Source of the DNA: Octopus vulgaris
Taxonomy: Eukaryota
Reading direction: 5' to 3'
Assembly (NCBI GenBank): GCA_951406725.2
Contig: OX597830.1
Span: 40,238,001-40,302,000, forward strand
Length of the DNA: 64,000 nt
Shown: piece by piece, positions 12,876 through 24,474 of the stretch
Layout: every line of letters begins with the position of its first letter
Numbering within the stretch: the stretch's first letter is position 1
The notes under the pieces: generated by a model
Databases searched by the model: none
Told to the model about the DNA's origin: nothing
The model's input: only the letters and a program-made list of their open reading frames with translations
Made by a program: the position numbers and the translations under genes

Positions 12876-13173
12876 TATATATATACATACATATATGTAT
12901 ATGTCAGTGTTCATGTGTGTGTGTATACACACACACACACATTTACACATATGTATGTATGTATATGAAAGCCAAAGCCATTATATAAGTAATGAATGCT
13001 TCCAGCTTCTACTATCTCTAAACTTGAAAAGACTCACTCGCTCATTTGCTCCCACACACCGAATGACATGAACATTTAGAGTCAAAATGCACATATCTTA
13101 AAAAGTCTTTACAAGCGTTTGCTGGAGTTATGAAGTTAGGATCAACACAGTGGCATCAACGTTTATACATATA

Positions 13174-13568
13174 CTAGCAGTATCGCCCAGCGTTGCTCGG
13201 GTTTGTAAGGGAAATAACTATATAAGCATTTTTAGAGATGTAAAGTATAATAGCCATCTCAATATGGCTAACCACAAAGGGAGGTGTTACTGTAGCTTTT
13301 TAAGTTCTGAGATTTAAGAATAAATTTTTAGAGAGTTACTTCCCTTATATATGCCAAAAATGCATTAAAAATGGGAAAAATTTATGGTAAATTTTTTTTT
13401 AAATCGTAGACTCATCGTAGACGCGCGCCAATACCCAGAAGGGCTCGATATGAATCACGACTATAAGATACCCAGTTTTGGTTAAACTGCACCGCAAAAT
13501 GTGGGAGTAGTTAGGAATCTAAATCATAGGAGACAGACAGCACACAACCTCACTTTTATATATAAAGA
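13174..13568 (-). mobile_element. non-autonomous Helitron (395 bp)
   Basis: Minus strand starts A|TCTTTATATATAAAAG and ends with the hairpin CCCGAGCAACGCTGGG, then GATACTGCTAG|T. These are canonical TC...CTAG termini in an AT target with no TSD. Confidence 0.85.
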
Positions 13569-14086
13569 TATATAGTTAGAACAGCTTGTCACATATTCAA
13601 ACATGTAAGAAAAAACTGGTTTTCAGCTATATTCTGTTTAACAAACCACTGCAACTTTGACCCTTTCATCGACAAATGCAAATGTAGTCAAATTTCCAAG
13701 CAAGCTGCAATATATTTGGCCTTAGTCTAATTACTACCAATCCACTATACTGAACATCAGTTAAATAAATGATTAAACAAGCAAGGACAGAGAGAGAGGG
13801 GAGAGGGAGAGAGAGTTTTCATACAGTCACCTGACATTTTAGATACAGTAGATTAATCACCCACCAAATCATCCCATATGTAATTTTAAGTGTATTACCT
13901 CTAACAAGATGGCATGATCATGACTAAAATACCTTTGGTCATATATTTCCCAAGGCATATTTGAGAGGTAAGGAGTTTGCAGTTTGTAAACTGAGCAGGC
14001 AATTTTATGCTAGGAGATAAGGGGACAAAAGATGGATAAAAATATGAGAGAAGGGGCCCAAGCAGAACAGATTTCTGGCTGTAGTG

Positions 14087-14262
14087 ATCATCATCATCAA
14101 TATCATTTAACGTCCACTTTCTATGCTGGCATGGGTTGGACAGTTTGATATGAAGCTGGCCAGCTAGGGAGCTGTCCAAACTCCAACTGTCTGTTGTGGC
14201 ATGGTTTCTATACCTGGATGCCCTTCCTAATACCAACCACGTAACAGAGTGTGCTGGGTGCT
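14087..14262 (-). mobile_element. RTE-type LINE 3' end
   Basis: CATTTAACGTCCACTTTCTATGCTGGCATGGGTTGG...GGATGCCCTTCCTAATACCAACCAC. Confidence 0.75.
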
Positions 14263-14310
14263 AAGCACATAAAAAGGTCACTGTAATTAAAGGTGTGTAG
14301 TAGTAGGTAA

Positions 14311-14348
<38 letters not shown>

Positions 14349-14699
14349 TATGCACTGCAACAGTGCATCACTGCATCCAGCATTATTTGTTGGTGATTTA
14401 CAACTCCTGGTGAATGACACCTTTCTACCACTCAGTTGTCAAATCCTCCAACTTATGGCTTCCATTTGGGTTGCCATTGCCGGTGAGGGATTTTACGAGG
14501 TCAGAGCACAAATCCTACATCTTTTAATTACTTTTTATGACACACAGAGGAAACAGCAGGTCCATTCTTTGACATGTCTTTGACAAGGCACTAGAGCAAC
14601 GTGATTTGCTCAAGAACACAATATACCATCCAGTCCTGAAATCAAATCCACAATCTGCTGATCACAAGTGCAACATCTTGACCACTAGGCTGTCACAAG

Positions 14700-15315
14700 A
14701 TGTAGGAGAAAGGAAATGGAAATAAGTTGACATTTCAAACAATGGTCTTTCATCAAGACAAAAAGAAGGCAAAGTAAAAGAAAAAAAAATGGAAGAAAAG
14801 AAAATAATATGTTGGTTCTCACAAGTAATACACTCTAGTGGCTGACAGGAAGTCATGGAGTAAAGAAGCAGATTTCTGAGTGAAGGGAAATTAATGCAAC
14901 AAGCAGGGGAGGAAAATTAAGTCTGTGTGCAAGTGGGTTTATGTGAGTACGGTTTTTGTGGAAATGTGTGGGAGTTATGTAGGATATGAGTGCAGTACGA
15001 TGTTAACAGGTAGTGTGTGCACAGCGTCATAATGCAGGGTGGAGATGTTTGGGTAGAACAGGTGCAGTGATGTGTTATGTGGTGCAGCAGTGTTTTAGAA
15101 CAAAACCAGTTAGTTGCTAATACATGACATGAAGTATTGACAGCTAGGTAGGTGGGTGGGGGTAACCATACTGGAGAATGAAGAGGACCACATGGTGTGA
15201 ATGAACATCAAGAACTTGTGTATGAAGTGAAAGAATTACAAGTAAGAAAGGAGCTGAAGAGGTGGAAGTTATGATCAGTGTCATCAATGTTTGATGTCGG
15301 TATATAGGTAACAGT
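14700..15315 (-). mobile_element. decayed Penelope-like element fragment with degenerate hammerhead motif
   Basis: Minus-strand translation near 15310-15215 gives TYIPTSNIDDTDHNFHLFSSFLTCNS, resembling the pre-GIY-YIG 'F.I.SSFTC.S' motif; TTGATGAAAGAC...TTTGAAATGTC lies at 14760-14728. Confidence 0.45.
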
Positions 15316-15329
15316 TAGTTGGAAAATAC

Positions 15330-16270
15330 CGCATGGTGCAGGAAATACCCAGCATCAAGTGGACTATTGTCGACAGTGCCACCATATTCACCCGGTGCCT
15401 CTGACTGCCAGCTCTACCTCTACAAAAAACTGCATATCCTCCGACAACCTGCACTATCCATCAACAAGAAATACAATTTATCATATTGCTGTCATCAGAG
15501 GTTTGCCCTTCTGGCAAATTTCTGGCCTCTGGCTGCTACCAACCCAGATATATCACCTTAGCACCAGCTGCTACTCTGCACTGTCTACACCAAGTTCACT
15601 GCTACCAACCTACCCCATGAGCAGGACCGCCAATTACCAATCACCAACGTTTACCAGCCCTCAATGCATACCAATCCCTAACACTTGTTTTGCACATGTA
15701 TACTCATATATGCATGAATGCATATTTGCACTTGCATGCATGTGTGCATGGACACTGGTATGCATGTGAATGAATATGCATTTGTGTATGTGTATGTGTG
15801 TGCATGTGTACATACATATGTGTGTGTGCAGACATACGCTTGAGCACCCACATATAGATGTGCATGCTCGCATCAGTACACACTTGCATGCAAAACCATA
15901 TGAGCATGTCTACACACCCACATATAGAACTATATACTTACACATGCCACCCCTTCCTACTCCCCACCCCACCCAACAACCTGACCGATTTCCTAATCAC
16001 CACATGGTTTATTTCTTGTCCTTCACATGATCAATTCCCTGCTCACCATGCAGTATTTTCCAACTAACTGTTACCCAAATACTAACATCAAACCACAACA
16101 CTGTGTGACCTTCCTCGATCAATCATAGCCCACCTTGATGTAATAACAACCAGTTTCTGTCATTCAAATTCAAAATGGCTGATGACTAGCATCACACTTG
16201 AAACTCAAGAGTACCAATGAATTTGAATCAAACTGTTTTGATCTATACATGTAACTCACAATAAATTTGT
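15330..16270 (+). mobile_element. Penelope-like element 3' fragment (GIY-YIG C-terminal tail plus pLTR with hammerhead)
   Basis: ORF 15319-15561 contains PYSPGASDCQLYLYKKLHILRQPALSINKKYNLSYCCHQRFALL, matching the PLE C-terminal pattern Y...C.LCL.EK..I...LNK..EL...CRH..FLL; a hammerhead core lies downstream at 16176. Confidence 0.6.
16176..16216 (+). ncRNA. minimal type I hammerhead ribozyme motif (PLE-type)
   Basis: TGG-CTGATGA-CTAGCATCACACTT-GAAA-CTC-AA-GAG-TA-CCA: intact CUGAUGA and GAAA boxes, stem III ACUC/GAGU, GUA triplet, stem I UGG/CCA; stem II is weak. Confidence 0.55.
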
Positions 16271-16302
16271 TGAGTGCCCTTCTTTTGTTTGTCTACTCAC
16301 TC

Positions 16303-16336
<34 letters not shown>

Positions 16337-16340
<4 letters not shown>

Positions 16341-18497
16341 TTGCTTTGATACTTTGATAGGTTTCAGCCAGTATTGACCTAGGCCATGTCTAATTTAATA
16401 GCATCAATAATAGAGAGTTATTGTTTATGGAATCATATCCAGGTGAAAGAGGTTTATCCAGGATTTCTTGAAAGAATTTGTCCAAAGACTTCTTGAACTT
16501 TATGGGGTCTGTTTCTGCTCTAATCTGTTTTGGTGTACTATTAAAGAGAGGGGCCAATTGAAGTGAAATAATTGTGCCATATTATGAGATGCGAGTGTGA
16601 TTTATGTTGTGGACGGATAGCATGGGGCCCAAGTCTTGAATGTATCTTAAAAGTGATGCCAACATCATTTGGACAATGCTGATGGAATATTTTCCACATC
16701 ATGCAGATGAAGTAATGCTCACAGCAGCATTGGAGAGAGTAAAGTTTAAGCTTTTCTAGTCAACCCTAATAGTCAAGGCCTGTCATGCCATCTATCTTGT
16801 TTTTAATTGGCCTTTGAGGTGCTTCAACTTTCATGATACTTTGTTTCATGTGGCAAGACCACAGTGGACAACAGCATTCAAGGTGGGGGTCAGGCAAAAG
16901 TGGGGAAGATAAGGATAATGGTGTGGATATCCCTCAACTAGAAATTTCTGAGAATCCAGGAACACATTTTGCAGGCCATGTCAGTAATCTCATTGATATA
17001 GATGATGAAAAGAAGTGGGCCCAACACAGTACCTTTGGAATGCCACTACTGACTTTGGCTGGGCTTGCTATTACTACTTCGACTACAACATGTTGGGTTC
17101 TGTCTGTCAGGAAACAATCCATTGTAGTAACTTTCCAGAGACACCAATATCAGATAGTTTTTTCAAGAGAATATTAAGATCAACCCTGTCAAAGGCCTTG
17201 CTGAAATTAAGGTAGATGACATTGGTGTTGGAGCCCTCTCCTAAAACTCTCAAAATGTCATCAAAGTAATGCAGGAGCTGCGTTGGGCAATTCCTTCTGT
17301 TACAGAACACATGTTGGCTGGGGTTCAGCATCTGTTGTTTTCAAGAAAGTGGGTTATTCGTGATCTCACCACCCTCTCAAATACTTTGATGATATGAGAA
17401 GTGAGTGAGATTAGACAGTAGTTTACTGCAAGGGACTTGTTTCCCTTTTTGAAAACTGGAACAGAAATTTTTCTGGAATATAACCAGCATCCAGTGAGCT
17501 CCTCCACAGATTAGCAAGAGGAGATGCAAGTTGGTGTCGACACACTTTCAGGACACAAGCAAGGAACCTATCAGGGCCTATTGCTGAATTATGATTAATT
17601 TTGTTTATTGCCACTAAGACATCAGAGGCACCAAACACTATGTCCAATATAGTGTGTTGAGGATTAACATCACCGATACAGCCCAGATCAGCCATATCAG
17701 GATTGCTGAAAACAGAGCAGTATTGTTTCTGCAGAATCTCACTTGTGGTTTTGGCATTATCTTAGAGAGTGCCATTTTCATCAATTAGAGGGACAACAGA
17801 GGAGACAGTGACCTTGTGTTTTTTTTCAATGGCCCATTTCTCCTCAACTGTTTTTGGTTATTGGTGAAGGTCTTCATGTATTGTTGGAAATTATATTTTT
17901 TCTGATTAGAGCAGGGTGATAGCCGTGGAATATGTGTAGCTGTTGGCAGTATTTTAGTTTGTTAATTATTTTACTTGTTCTTTTTATTTTTCTGATAATA
18001 GTTTTTCTGTTTTGGGGAAATCTGCACTTAGCTTTGTTCACAGTTCTTGGTGGGATGTGTTTGTGACAGTGTCTACAAAGATCTGCCAAGATATTTTGAT
18101 GCTGGAGGAGATGTGTGCATGTGTGAAAGACCAGTCAATATGTGATAGCTCATTCATGATTGCATCTCAGTCGACATTATAGAGATCCATGTTACCAAAT
18201 GGGTGGGCTGGAGAGAGGTCACTAGGGTTAGCTTTCGGCTGGTGGAACCTCAGGTTACAGAGAACCATGTCATATGGTGAAAGAAGGGTTTTTTCCACTG
18301 AAATATTGTGTATTGTGTTAATGTGGTTACTAAACACTAGGTCTAAAATGTTCAGATATCTTTTAGGTGCAAAGACAAATTGGGACAAAAAAAACTCATT
18401 CATAAAGTCGAGAAGTGACTCTACTGCTTTTTTGTCAGCAGTTGAGGTGGGAGTGCTTGGTTTCAAACTGTTTGTAGACCAATCAACACAGGGTAGA
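16337..18497 (-). mobile_element. decayed CR1-group LINE ORF2 (end of endonuclease plus reverse transcriptase), 5'-truncated and frameshifted
   Basis: Minus-strand peptides LPCVDW..FAPKRYLNILDLVFSN (endonuclease), GPDRFLACVLK..LASPL, NYCLISLTSHIIKVFER, SQHVF..YLNFSKAFDRVD, SGIPQGTVLGPLLF-like and C-terminal FKKSLDKFF; multiple stops and frameshifts. Confidence 0.9.
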
Positions 18498-18529
18498 TAT
18501 ATATTTGTGTGTGTATGTGTGTATATATA

Positions 18530-18735
18530 TATAAAGTTAATCCAAACAAGAAAGCACAAAAAAAACACAACAACGCGAAGACGTGGAACAAATATAGTAT
18601 TATTGGACGCTCAGGAAAGAAGGAAAGAAGGAGGGTTTAACGTTTTGAGCGGAGCTCTTCGTCGGAAACATAGGAGAAGGAAAGATCCAGAGAAGGGAAG
18701 ACAGAGGAAAAAAAATCGCCAACAGTACACACGAG
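18530..18735 (-). mobile_element. short PLE-derived (pLTR-like) repeat with hammerhead-like core at 18635-18669
   Basis: Minus strand GTTT-CCGACGA-AGAGC-TCC-GCTC-AAAA-CGTT-AAAC; homologous to 29312-29485 and 48755-48910. Confidence 0.5.
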
Positions 18736-18972
18736 ATATATATATATATACATACATATATAATATATACAGCGGTTCGGCAAAAAAGAACCGATAGAAT
18801 AAGTACTGGGCTTACAAAGAATAAGTCCCGGGGTCGATTTGCTCGACTAAAAGCGGTGCTCCAGCATGGCCGCAGTCAAATGACTGAAACAAGTAAAAGA
18901 GTATATACATACATATATAGATACATACATACATACATACATATGTACATGTATATAAATATATATATATAT

Positions 18973-19192
18973 ATCATCACCATCTTTTAACATCCGTTGC
19001 CCATGCTGGCATGGGTTGAACAGTTTGACCAGGGCTGGTAAGCTGAGGGGCTGCACCAGATTCCAGTCTGATTTGGCATGGTTTCTATGGCCAGATGCTT
19101 TTCCTAATGCCAACCATTCCAAGAGTGTAATGGGTACTTTTAAGTGCCACTGGCATGGGTGCCAGTTGCATGACACTAGTATCCACCACGAC
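18973..19192 (-). mobile_element. RTE-type LINE 3' end flanked by (TA)n
   Basis: Same 3' UTR motifs as 4834-4998. Confidence 0.75.
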
Positions 19193-19226
<34 letters not shown>

Positions 19227-19594
19227 TGTAAGTATATATCTATATGTGTGTGTGCATGTATATAGATATATGTGTGTGTGTGTGAACTGATCCCAGTATA
19301 TGACCAATGCTTTTAACGTTAATGATCCTGATAATGAAGAAATGGAAGTCAAATCCAACCGGATGTGGAAATGAAACAATGATGAACCGAAGCTATATAT
19401 AGCAATGGTATTTGGTCAAGTACTCTATTGTTGTTTACCAACTAATTTTAGCACTTACGACAGGCAAAGCAATAAGGGACGCGTTGTGTAAATGACAAGC
19501 ATTTCATTACTTTACAGTATGAAGCTGAAATATTAGGAAGAGTCTAGAAACAGAAACACTACAAAAGTTAACCATTCTTAAACCGTTCATAGGT

Positions 19595-20003
19595 TCAGTC
19601 GTGGCTGTGGGGTAAGAAATTTGCTTCCCAACTATATGGTTCCAGGATCAGTCCCACTGTGTGGCACCTTGAGCAAGTGTTTTCTGTTATAGTCTTGGGC
19701 CAACAAAAGCCTTGCGAGTGGATTTGGTTGACGGAAATTGAAAGAAGCGTGTTGTGTGTATGAGTGTGTCAGTATATATCTCTGTTGGTGTGTGTTTTAG
19801 CATCTGTGTTTGTCTCCTCAACACTGCTTGACAGCTGGTGTTGATGTGTTTACCTTCCTATAACTTAGCAGTTCAGCAAAAGAGACTGATAGAATAAGCA
19901 CCAGACTTCAAATAATAAGTCATGTGGTTGATTTGTTCTTGTAAACCCTTCAAGATGGTGGCCCAGCAAATAACTGAAACAAGAAAAGGCTAAGAAATAA
20001 AAG
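19595..20003 (+). mobile_element. SINE family B, older copy
   Basis: GTGGCTGTGGGGTAAGAAATTTGCTTCCCAAC...CACCTTGAGCAAGTG...GACTGATAGAATAAGCACCAG. Confidence 0.75.
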
Positions 20004-20074
20004 AAACCGATCAGATTCTAAAACACAAGATCTTGTCTTTCCCATAACTACAGAATTAAGAAATTTATGTCACA

Positions 20075-20540
20075 GCCTATACCAGTGTTGCATAACTAGC
20101 CCATTTAAAAGTACCCTTGAATTGCCAGGCGATATGCTGTGCTTGAGAAGACCTGTCCGGGTCAAGCAAAACCAGAATCATAGTCATGGCAGACGCCAGT
20201 GCCGCCTGACTGGCACCTGTACTGGTGACATGTAATAAGCACCATTCGAATGTGGGTCGATGCCAGTGCCACCTGACTTGCTCCCTGTACTGGTGGAACA
20301 TAAAAAACACCTCAGAACATGGTTGATGCCAGTGCCCACCGATTGGCTTCCATGCTGGTGGCACGCAAAAATGCCCACTACACTCTCGGAGTGGTTGGTA
20401 TTATGAAGGGCATCCAGCTGTAGAAACCTTGCCTGATCAGGCTGGAGCCTGGTGCAGCCTCCTGGCTTGCCAGTCCTCAGTCAAACCATCAAACCCATGC
20501 CAGCATGGAAAACAGATGTTAAATGATGATGATGATGATT
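20075..20540 (+). mobile_element. RTE-type LINE 3' UTR with ~65-bp internal tandem repeats
   Basis: Three GCCAGTGCC.CCTGACTGG..CC.GT.CTGGTG.CAC.TAA units, then CACTACACTCTCGGAGTGGTTGG...GATGATGAT tail. Confidence 0.75.
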
Positions 20541-20796
20541 ATGTGGTTTTAGATTCGGTCCCATTGTATTGCACTGTGATACTACACTGACCTGAGCACA
20601 CTGTTCAAGTGTGAGTTAAACAATGCTTTCAGTGTGTAATTTTGATAGATGGAAATAAGGTACGGAAGCTTGCTACATATGTATGCATCTACGTATATAC
20701 CTTATACCAGTATACATCAGCAAAAATGTAAACATCAGTGACAAACACATGCACGTATGTATAAGTGTCATTGCTACTATATTAAACTCTCATAAG

Positions 20797-21010
20797 GCAG
20801 CAAGCTGGCAGAATTGTTAGCACGCCAAGTGAAATACTTAGTGGTATTTCGTCTGATGCTACATTCTGAGTTCAACTTCTGCCAAGGTCAGCTTTGCCTT
20901 TCATTGTTTCAGGGTCGATAAATTAACTATCAGTGAAACACTGGGGTCGATGTAATCAACTAGTTCCCTCCTTGTAAGAAATGGCTGCCCTTGTGGCAAA
21001 ATCTAAAACC
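20797..21010 (+). mobile_element. SINE family A
   Basis: GGCAGCAAGCTGGCAGAATTGTTAGCACGCC...GAGTTCAACTTC...GCCTTTCATTG...GGGTCGATAAATTAA. Confidence 0.8.
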
Positions 21011-21437
21011 ATTATGTTAAACTGACGTTTTTTTTTCAATATTTTTACTTGCAATAGCCAGTTCCTTTGGTCAAACTATCGTATCTCCAGCTGCTTCAGA
21101 TGCTAAGATATTAAAAATTGTCAAAGTATAGTACAACGGTTTTGGTGAAACTATTTTTACATTTTCTTAAAAAGCAACATTTTGGACTTACGACACTTTT
21201 GCATAATAGCAACGATATGTATGTATATCTATGTATGTGCTTGTCCCTCACCACTGTGTGACAACCGGTGCTGATGTGATTGCATCATTATAACTTAGTA
21301 GTCCAGCAAAAGAGATTGATAGAATAAATGCCAGGCTTAAAATATAAGGGCTAGGGTTGAATCATTTGACTAAAAATTCAAGGCAGTGCTCCAGTATGGA
21401 CTGAAATTAGTAAAAGGTAAAAGATGATTGTGATATA

Positions 21438-21595
21438 GGCGTAGGAGTGACTGTGTGGTAAGTAGCTTGCTTACGAACCACATGGTTCCGGGTTCATTCC
21501 CACTGTGTGGCACCTTGGACAAGTGTCTTCTACTATAGCCTCAGGCCGACCAAAGCCTTGTGAATGGATTTGGTAGACAGAAACTGAAAGAAGCC

Positions 21596-21627
<32 letters not shown>

Positions 21628-21880
21628 GCATATATATATGTGTGTGTATGTATGTATGTATGTATGTGTGTATAGGTTTGTGTGTCTGCGTTTGTACACC
21701 CAACATCACTTGACAACCGATGCTGGTGTGCTTACGTCTCTGTAACTTAGCAGTTCAGCAAAAGAGAACAATAGAATAAGTACTAGGCTTACAAAGAATA
21801 AGTCCTGGAGTCGATTTGCTCAACTAAAAGGCGGTGCTCCAGCATGGCCATAGTCTAATGACTGAAACAAGTAAAAGAGT
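21438..21880 (+). mobile_element. SINE family B, full-length reference copy
   Basis: tRNA-like head (GTGACTGTGTGGTAAG...GGGTTCATTCCC), CACCTTGGACAAGTG core, internal (TA)/(TATG) microsatellite, 3' module ending GACTGAAACAAGTAAAAGAGT. Confidence 0.85.
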
Positions 21881-22189
21881 ATAAAATATAAATAAGCAAT
21901 ACCATGCCACCATCACCACCACCACCACCACCACCATTACAATAATTTTCCCTAAAAATGTTACTGGTACTTAAAAGCTGAATGAAGGATGAAAAGCTAG
22001 GAGCATTCATAGGTTTAGCCAATCCTTTAATAAATCATAAGGACCCATAACATCAGTTCTGCACAAACCAATGAAGGAACCACTTCATGATCACTCAACT
22101 TCCCATAAATAGCAGTCATATCTCCAATATTAAATCCAATTATCTTAAAAATGGGAAGGACACACTGAAATTAATGAAGTCCTGAATAT

Positions 22190-22439
22190 CTTTTATCTTT
22201 TTTTTTTTTACTTGTTTCGGTCATTTGACTGCTGCCATACTGGGGCACCACTTTGAACAGTTTCAATTGAATGAATCGACTCCAGGACTTATTTTTTTAT
22301 GCCTAGTACTTATTCTATCGATCTCTTTTGCTGAACAGATAAGTTTCAGAGATGTAAACACACCAACACCAGTTGTCAAGCAGTGGTGGAGGGACAAACA
22401 CAGACACAAAAACACACAAGCATAGATATATACATGTGT

Positions 22440-22506
<67 letters not shown>

Positions 22507-22666
22507 CAATGGGCTTCTTTCAGTTTCTATCTACCAAATCCACTCACAAAGCTTTGGTCAGCCTGAGGCTAAAGTAAAAGACACTTGCCCAAGGTGCCAC
22601 ACAATGAGACTGAACCTGAAATCACATGGTTGAGAAGCAAGCTTCTTACCACACAGCCACACCTTC
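22190..22666 (-). mobile_element. SINE family B with internal (TG)n
   Basis: Reverse complement of the 21438 structure. Confidence 0.8.
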
Positions 22667-22887
22667 ACCTACAAGACTTTTCTGAGAAAAGAAGGGATAA
22701 TCTAAGTGAGGATGTTACTAATCATAAAGCTTGTTTGACTAGGGATAATCTGGTGGGGATGCTAGACAATAAGCATTCCAGTAAAATGAAAATCTAACAA
22801 ACAAAACAGTATCCATAGAAATATGCGTTAATTCTACAAATCAATGCTGTTTTTCCACTTTTCTACTGAAAATTAGGTCATTCAAGC

Positions 22888-23021
22888 TCTAGGGTAGCTA
22901 AAGTGTGTGCCGCCCTGGGCGGTCTTTCTGTCTGCCGCCCCCAGACCCCACAAAAAACACATATTGCCTACAGTAGACCAGGGCAAACCACCCCCTTTTC
23001 CCCCTCTTAGCTATGCTGGTG
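22888..23021. mobile_element. MITE family H
   Basis: CTAGGGTAGCTAAAGTGTGTGCCGCCC...CTTAGCTATGCTGG; internal GACCCCACAAAAAAC..ATATTGCCTACAG is shared with 55650 and 56678. Confidence 0.6.
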
Positions 23022-23322
23022 CATTCAAGACAACCAAACTCTGCAACGCCTTTTCAAAAGCGAAACCCCATCTGAAAGAAGTTCACCTGTTCAATTTAAT
23101 CCTTTAAATGTGAAATTAAATTTCATGGTTATTCCGGTAATGATGTTAAACATCTATCAAAAAATAGAATCGGTATTTTCTGCTATGTCACATTGCCTCA
23201 GCTAACTTGACATATCTCATTCATCAACAAAAGATAGATTGCTATATAAAATCTGATTATCCACAGTTAAAGGTAATCAAATTTGGCGTGGATATATCTG
23301 CTTTCCACAGTAAAAGAGTTAA

Positions 23323-23537
23323 CACTTTAGCATTTAAATCAGCCATATTCGGCCCAAAATATTCTTCTTGTCTTATGTTCAAAATGGCCAAATCCAGTCT
23401 CTTGTACATACCCTACAATATCATTTTAAAAGTAAACAATCACAATATCTCAAAGCTACAAGATAATGCATGATTAACTAAAAACAATGTGAATAAATAA
23501 GCATTAAATTTAACAAATTAATTTGAATGCTAAAAGG
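23323..23537. mobile_element. piggyBac-like MITE P1
   Basis: TTAA flanks at 23319 and 23538; CTTTAGCATT TIR. Confidence 0.8.
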
Positions 23538-23689
23538 TTAAAATAAGATTATTTACTATTAAGTCACAGCTGGTTAAGTCAACAGGTTGTCAACTTACTA
23601 GCTGAGGGATTGGTGATCAATATCCAATCACTGACACGGCACTATTTCTACAGACATACTACTGAACTCTTGCTGGTTGGAGTCAATGA

Positions 23690-23900
23690 AAAGGACTCTA
23701 CATAGTCAACTGACATGCTAGTAAAAATAGCAATCAAATCTCCTTCAAGTTCCACTATATTGTCTGAAAAAAGTGAAGGAGACTTTGGATAATGTAGCCC
23801 CAGGTGAACCATCTGAGAAAAAGATGGGGTTGTCATGGCTGAAATGCCTTTGATAAATTGATCTGCTTGGTCCGGACTGACCTGGGACTAAACAACAGCT
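23690..23900 (+). repeat. old interspersed repeat family E (unclassified)
   Basis: GAC.TGCTAG.AATAGCA..CAAATCT..CTCAA...GGATAATGTAG...GTCATGGCTGAAATGCCTTTGAT...GACCTGGG.CTAAACAAC recurs at about 0.8, 3.3, 25.7, 32.6, 33.4, 33.6, 37.8(-), 38.1, 51.2(-) and 53.5 kb. Confidence 0.55.
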
Positions 23901-24056
23901 TTTGTTAGATCAGTTCAGAGGGTTGTAAATAGGTACAATGAATATGCACAGGGAAGTACTATAAACAGTAAGAACTGCTGTATAATTGGCAAGTGTTTGG
24001 TTAATTTATTCAACTGGAAAAGAGCAATGGTAAGCCACTCCTGTATTTAATCTTAA

Positions 24057-24264
24057 CCCTTTCACATTCAGATTATTCTGTCAAAAGTAATACTTATTTA
24101 TTCACACCATTTTGAACTAATGATGCATCACCTTGCAACTTTAAGATGTGATTGCTTATTTTTAGGACATTGTAGGGTAAGTGTGAGAGGCTAGATCTGG
24201 CTGGTTTGAACATAAAACAGGTAGAATGTTTTGGCCAAATATGGCCGGTTTGAATACTAAAGGG
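24057..24264. mobile_element. piggyBac-like MITE P1
   Basis: TTAA|CCCTTT...AAAGGG|TTAA. Confidence 0.85.
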
Positions 24265-24474
24265 TTAAACCTAGGTCTGGTTCATGGCATATCGTGTGTG
24301 TGTGTGTGTGTGTGTGTGTGTTCACAGGTATTTCCAAGTAATAAAGAATTTCACTGTACAATCATAAAGTCTCAGGTTCAATCCCAGTGTAAGCATTTAT
24401 TCCCATAGTCTCTGTTCTTCTGAGTAATGCTGGATTCACTGAAGCCATATTTAAGTCTGTTGGATGGGCTGCAC

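Noticed and set aside
18189-18797. 202-aa plus-strand ORF
   Set aside because: Antisense to the LINE and reads through a microsatellite and a repeat; a chance fusion.
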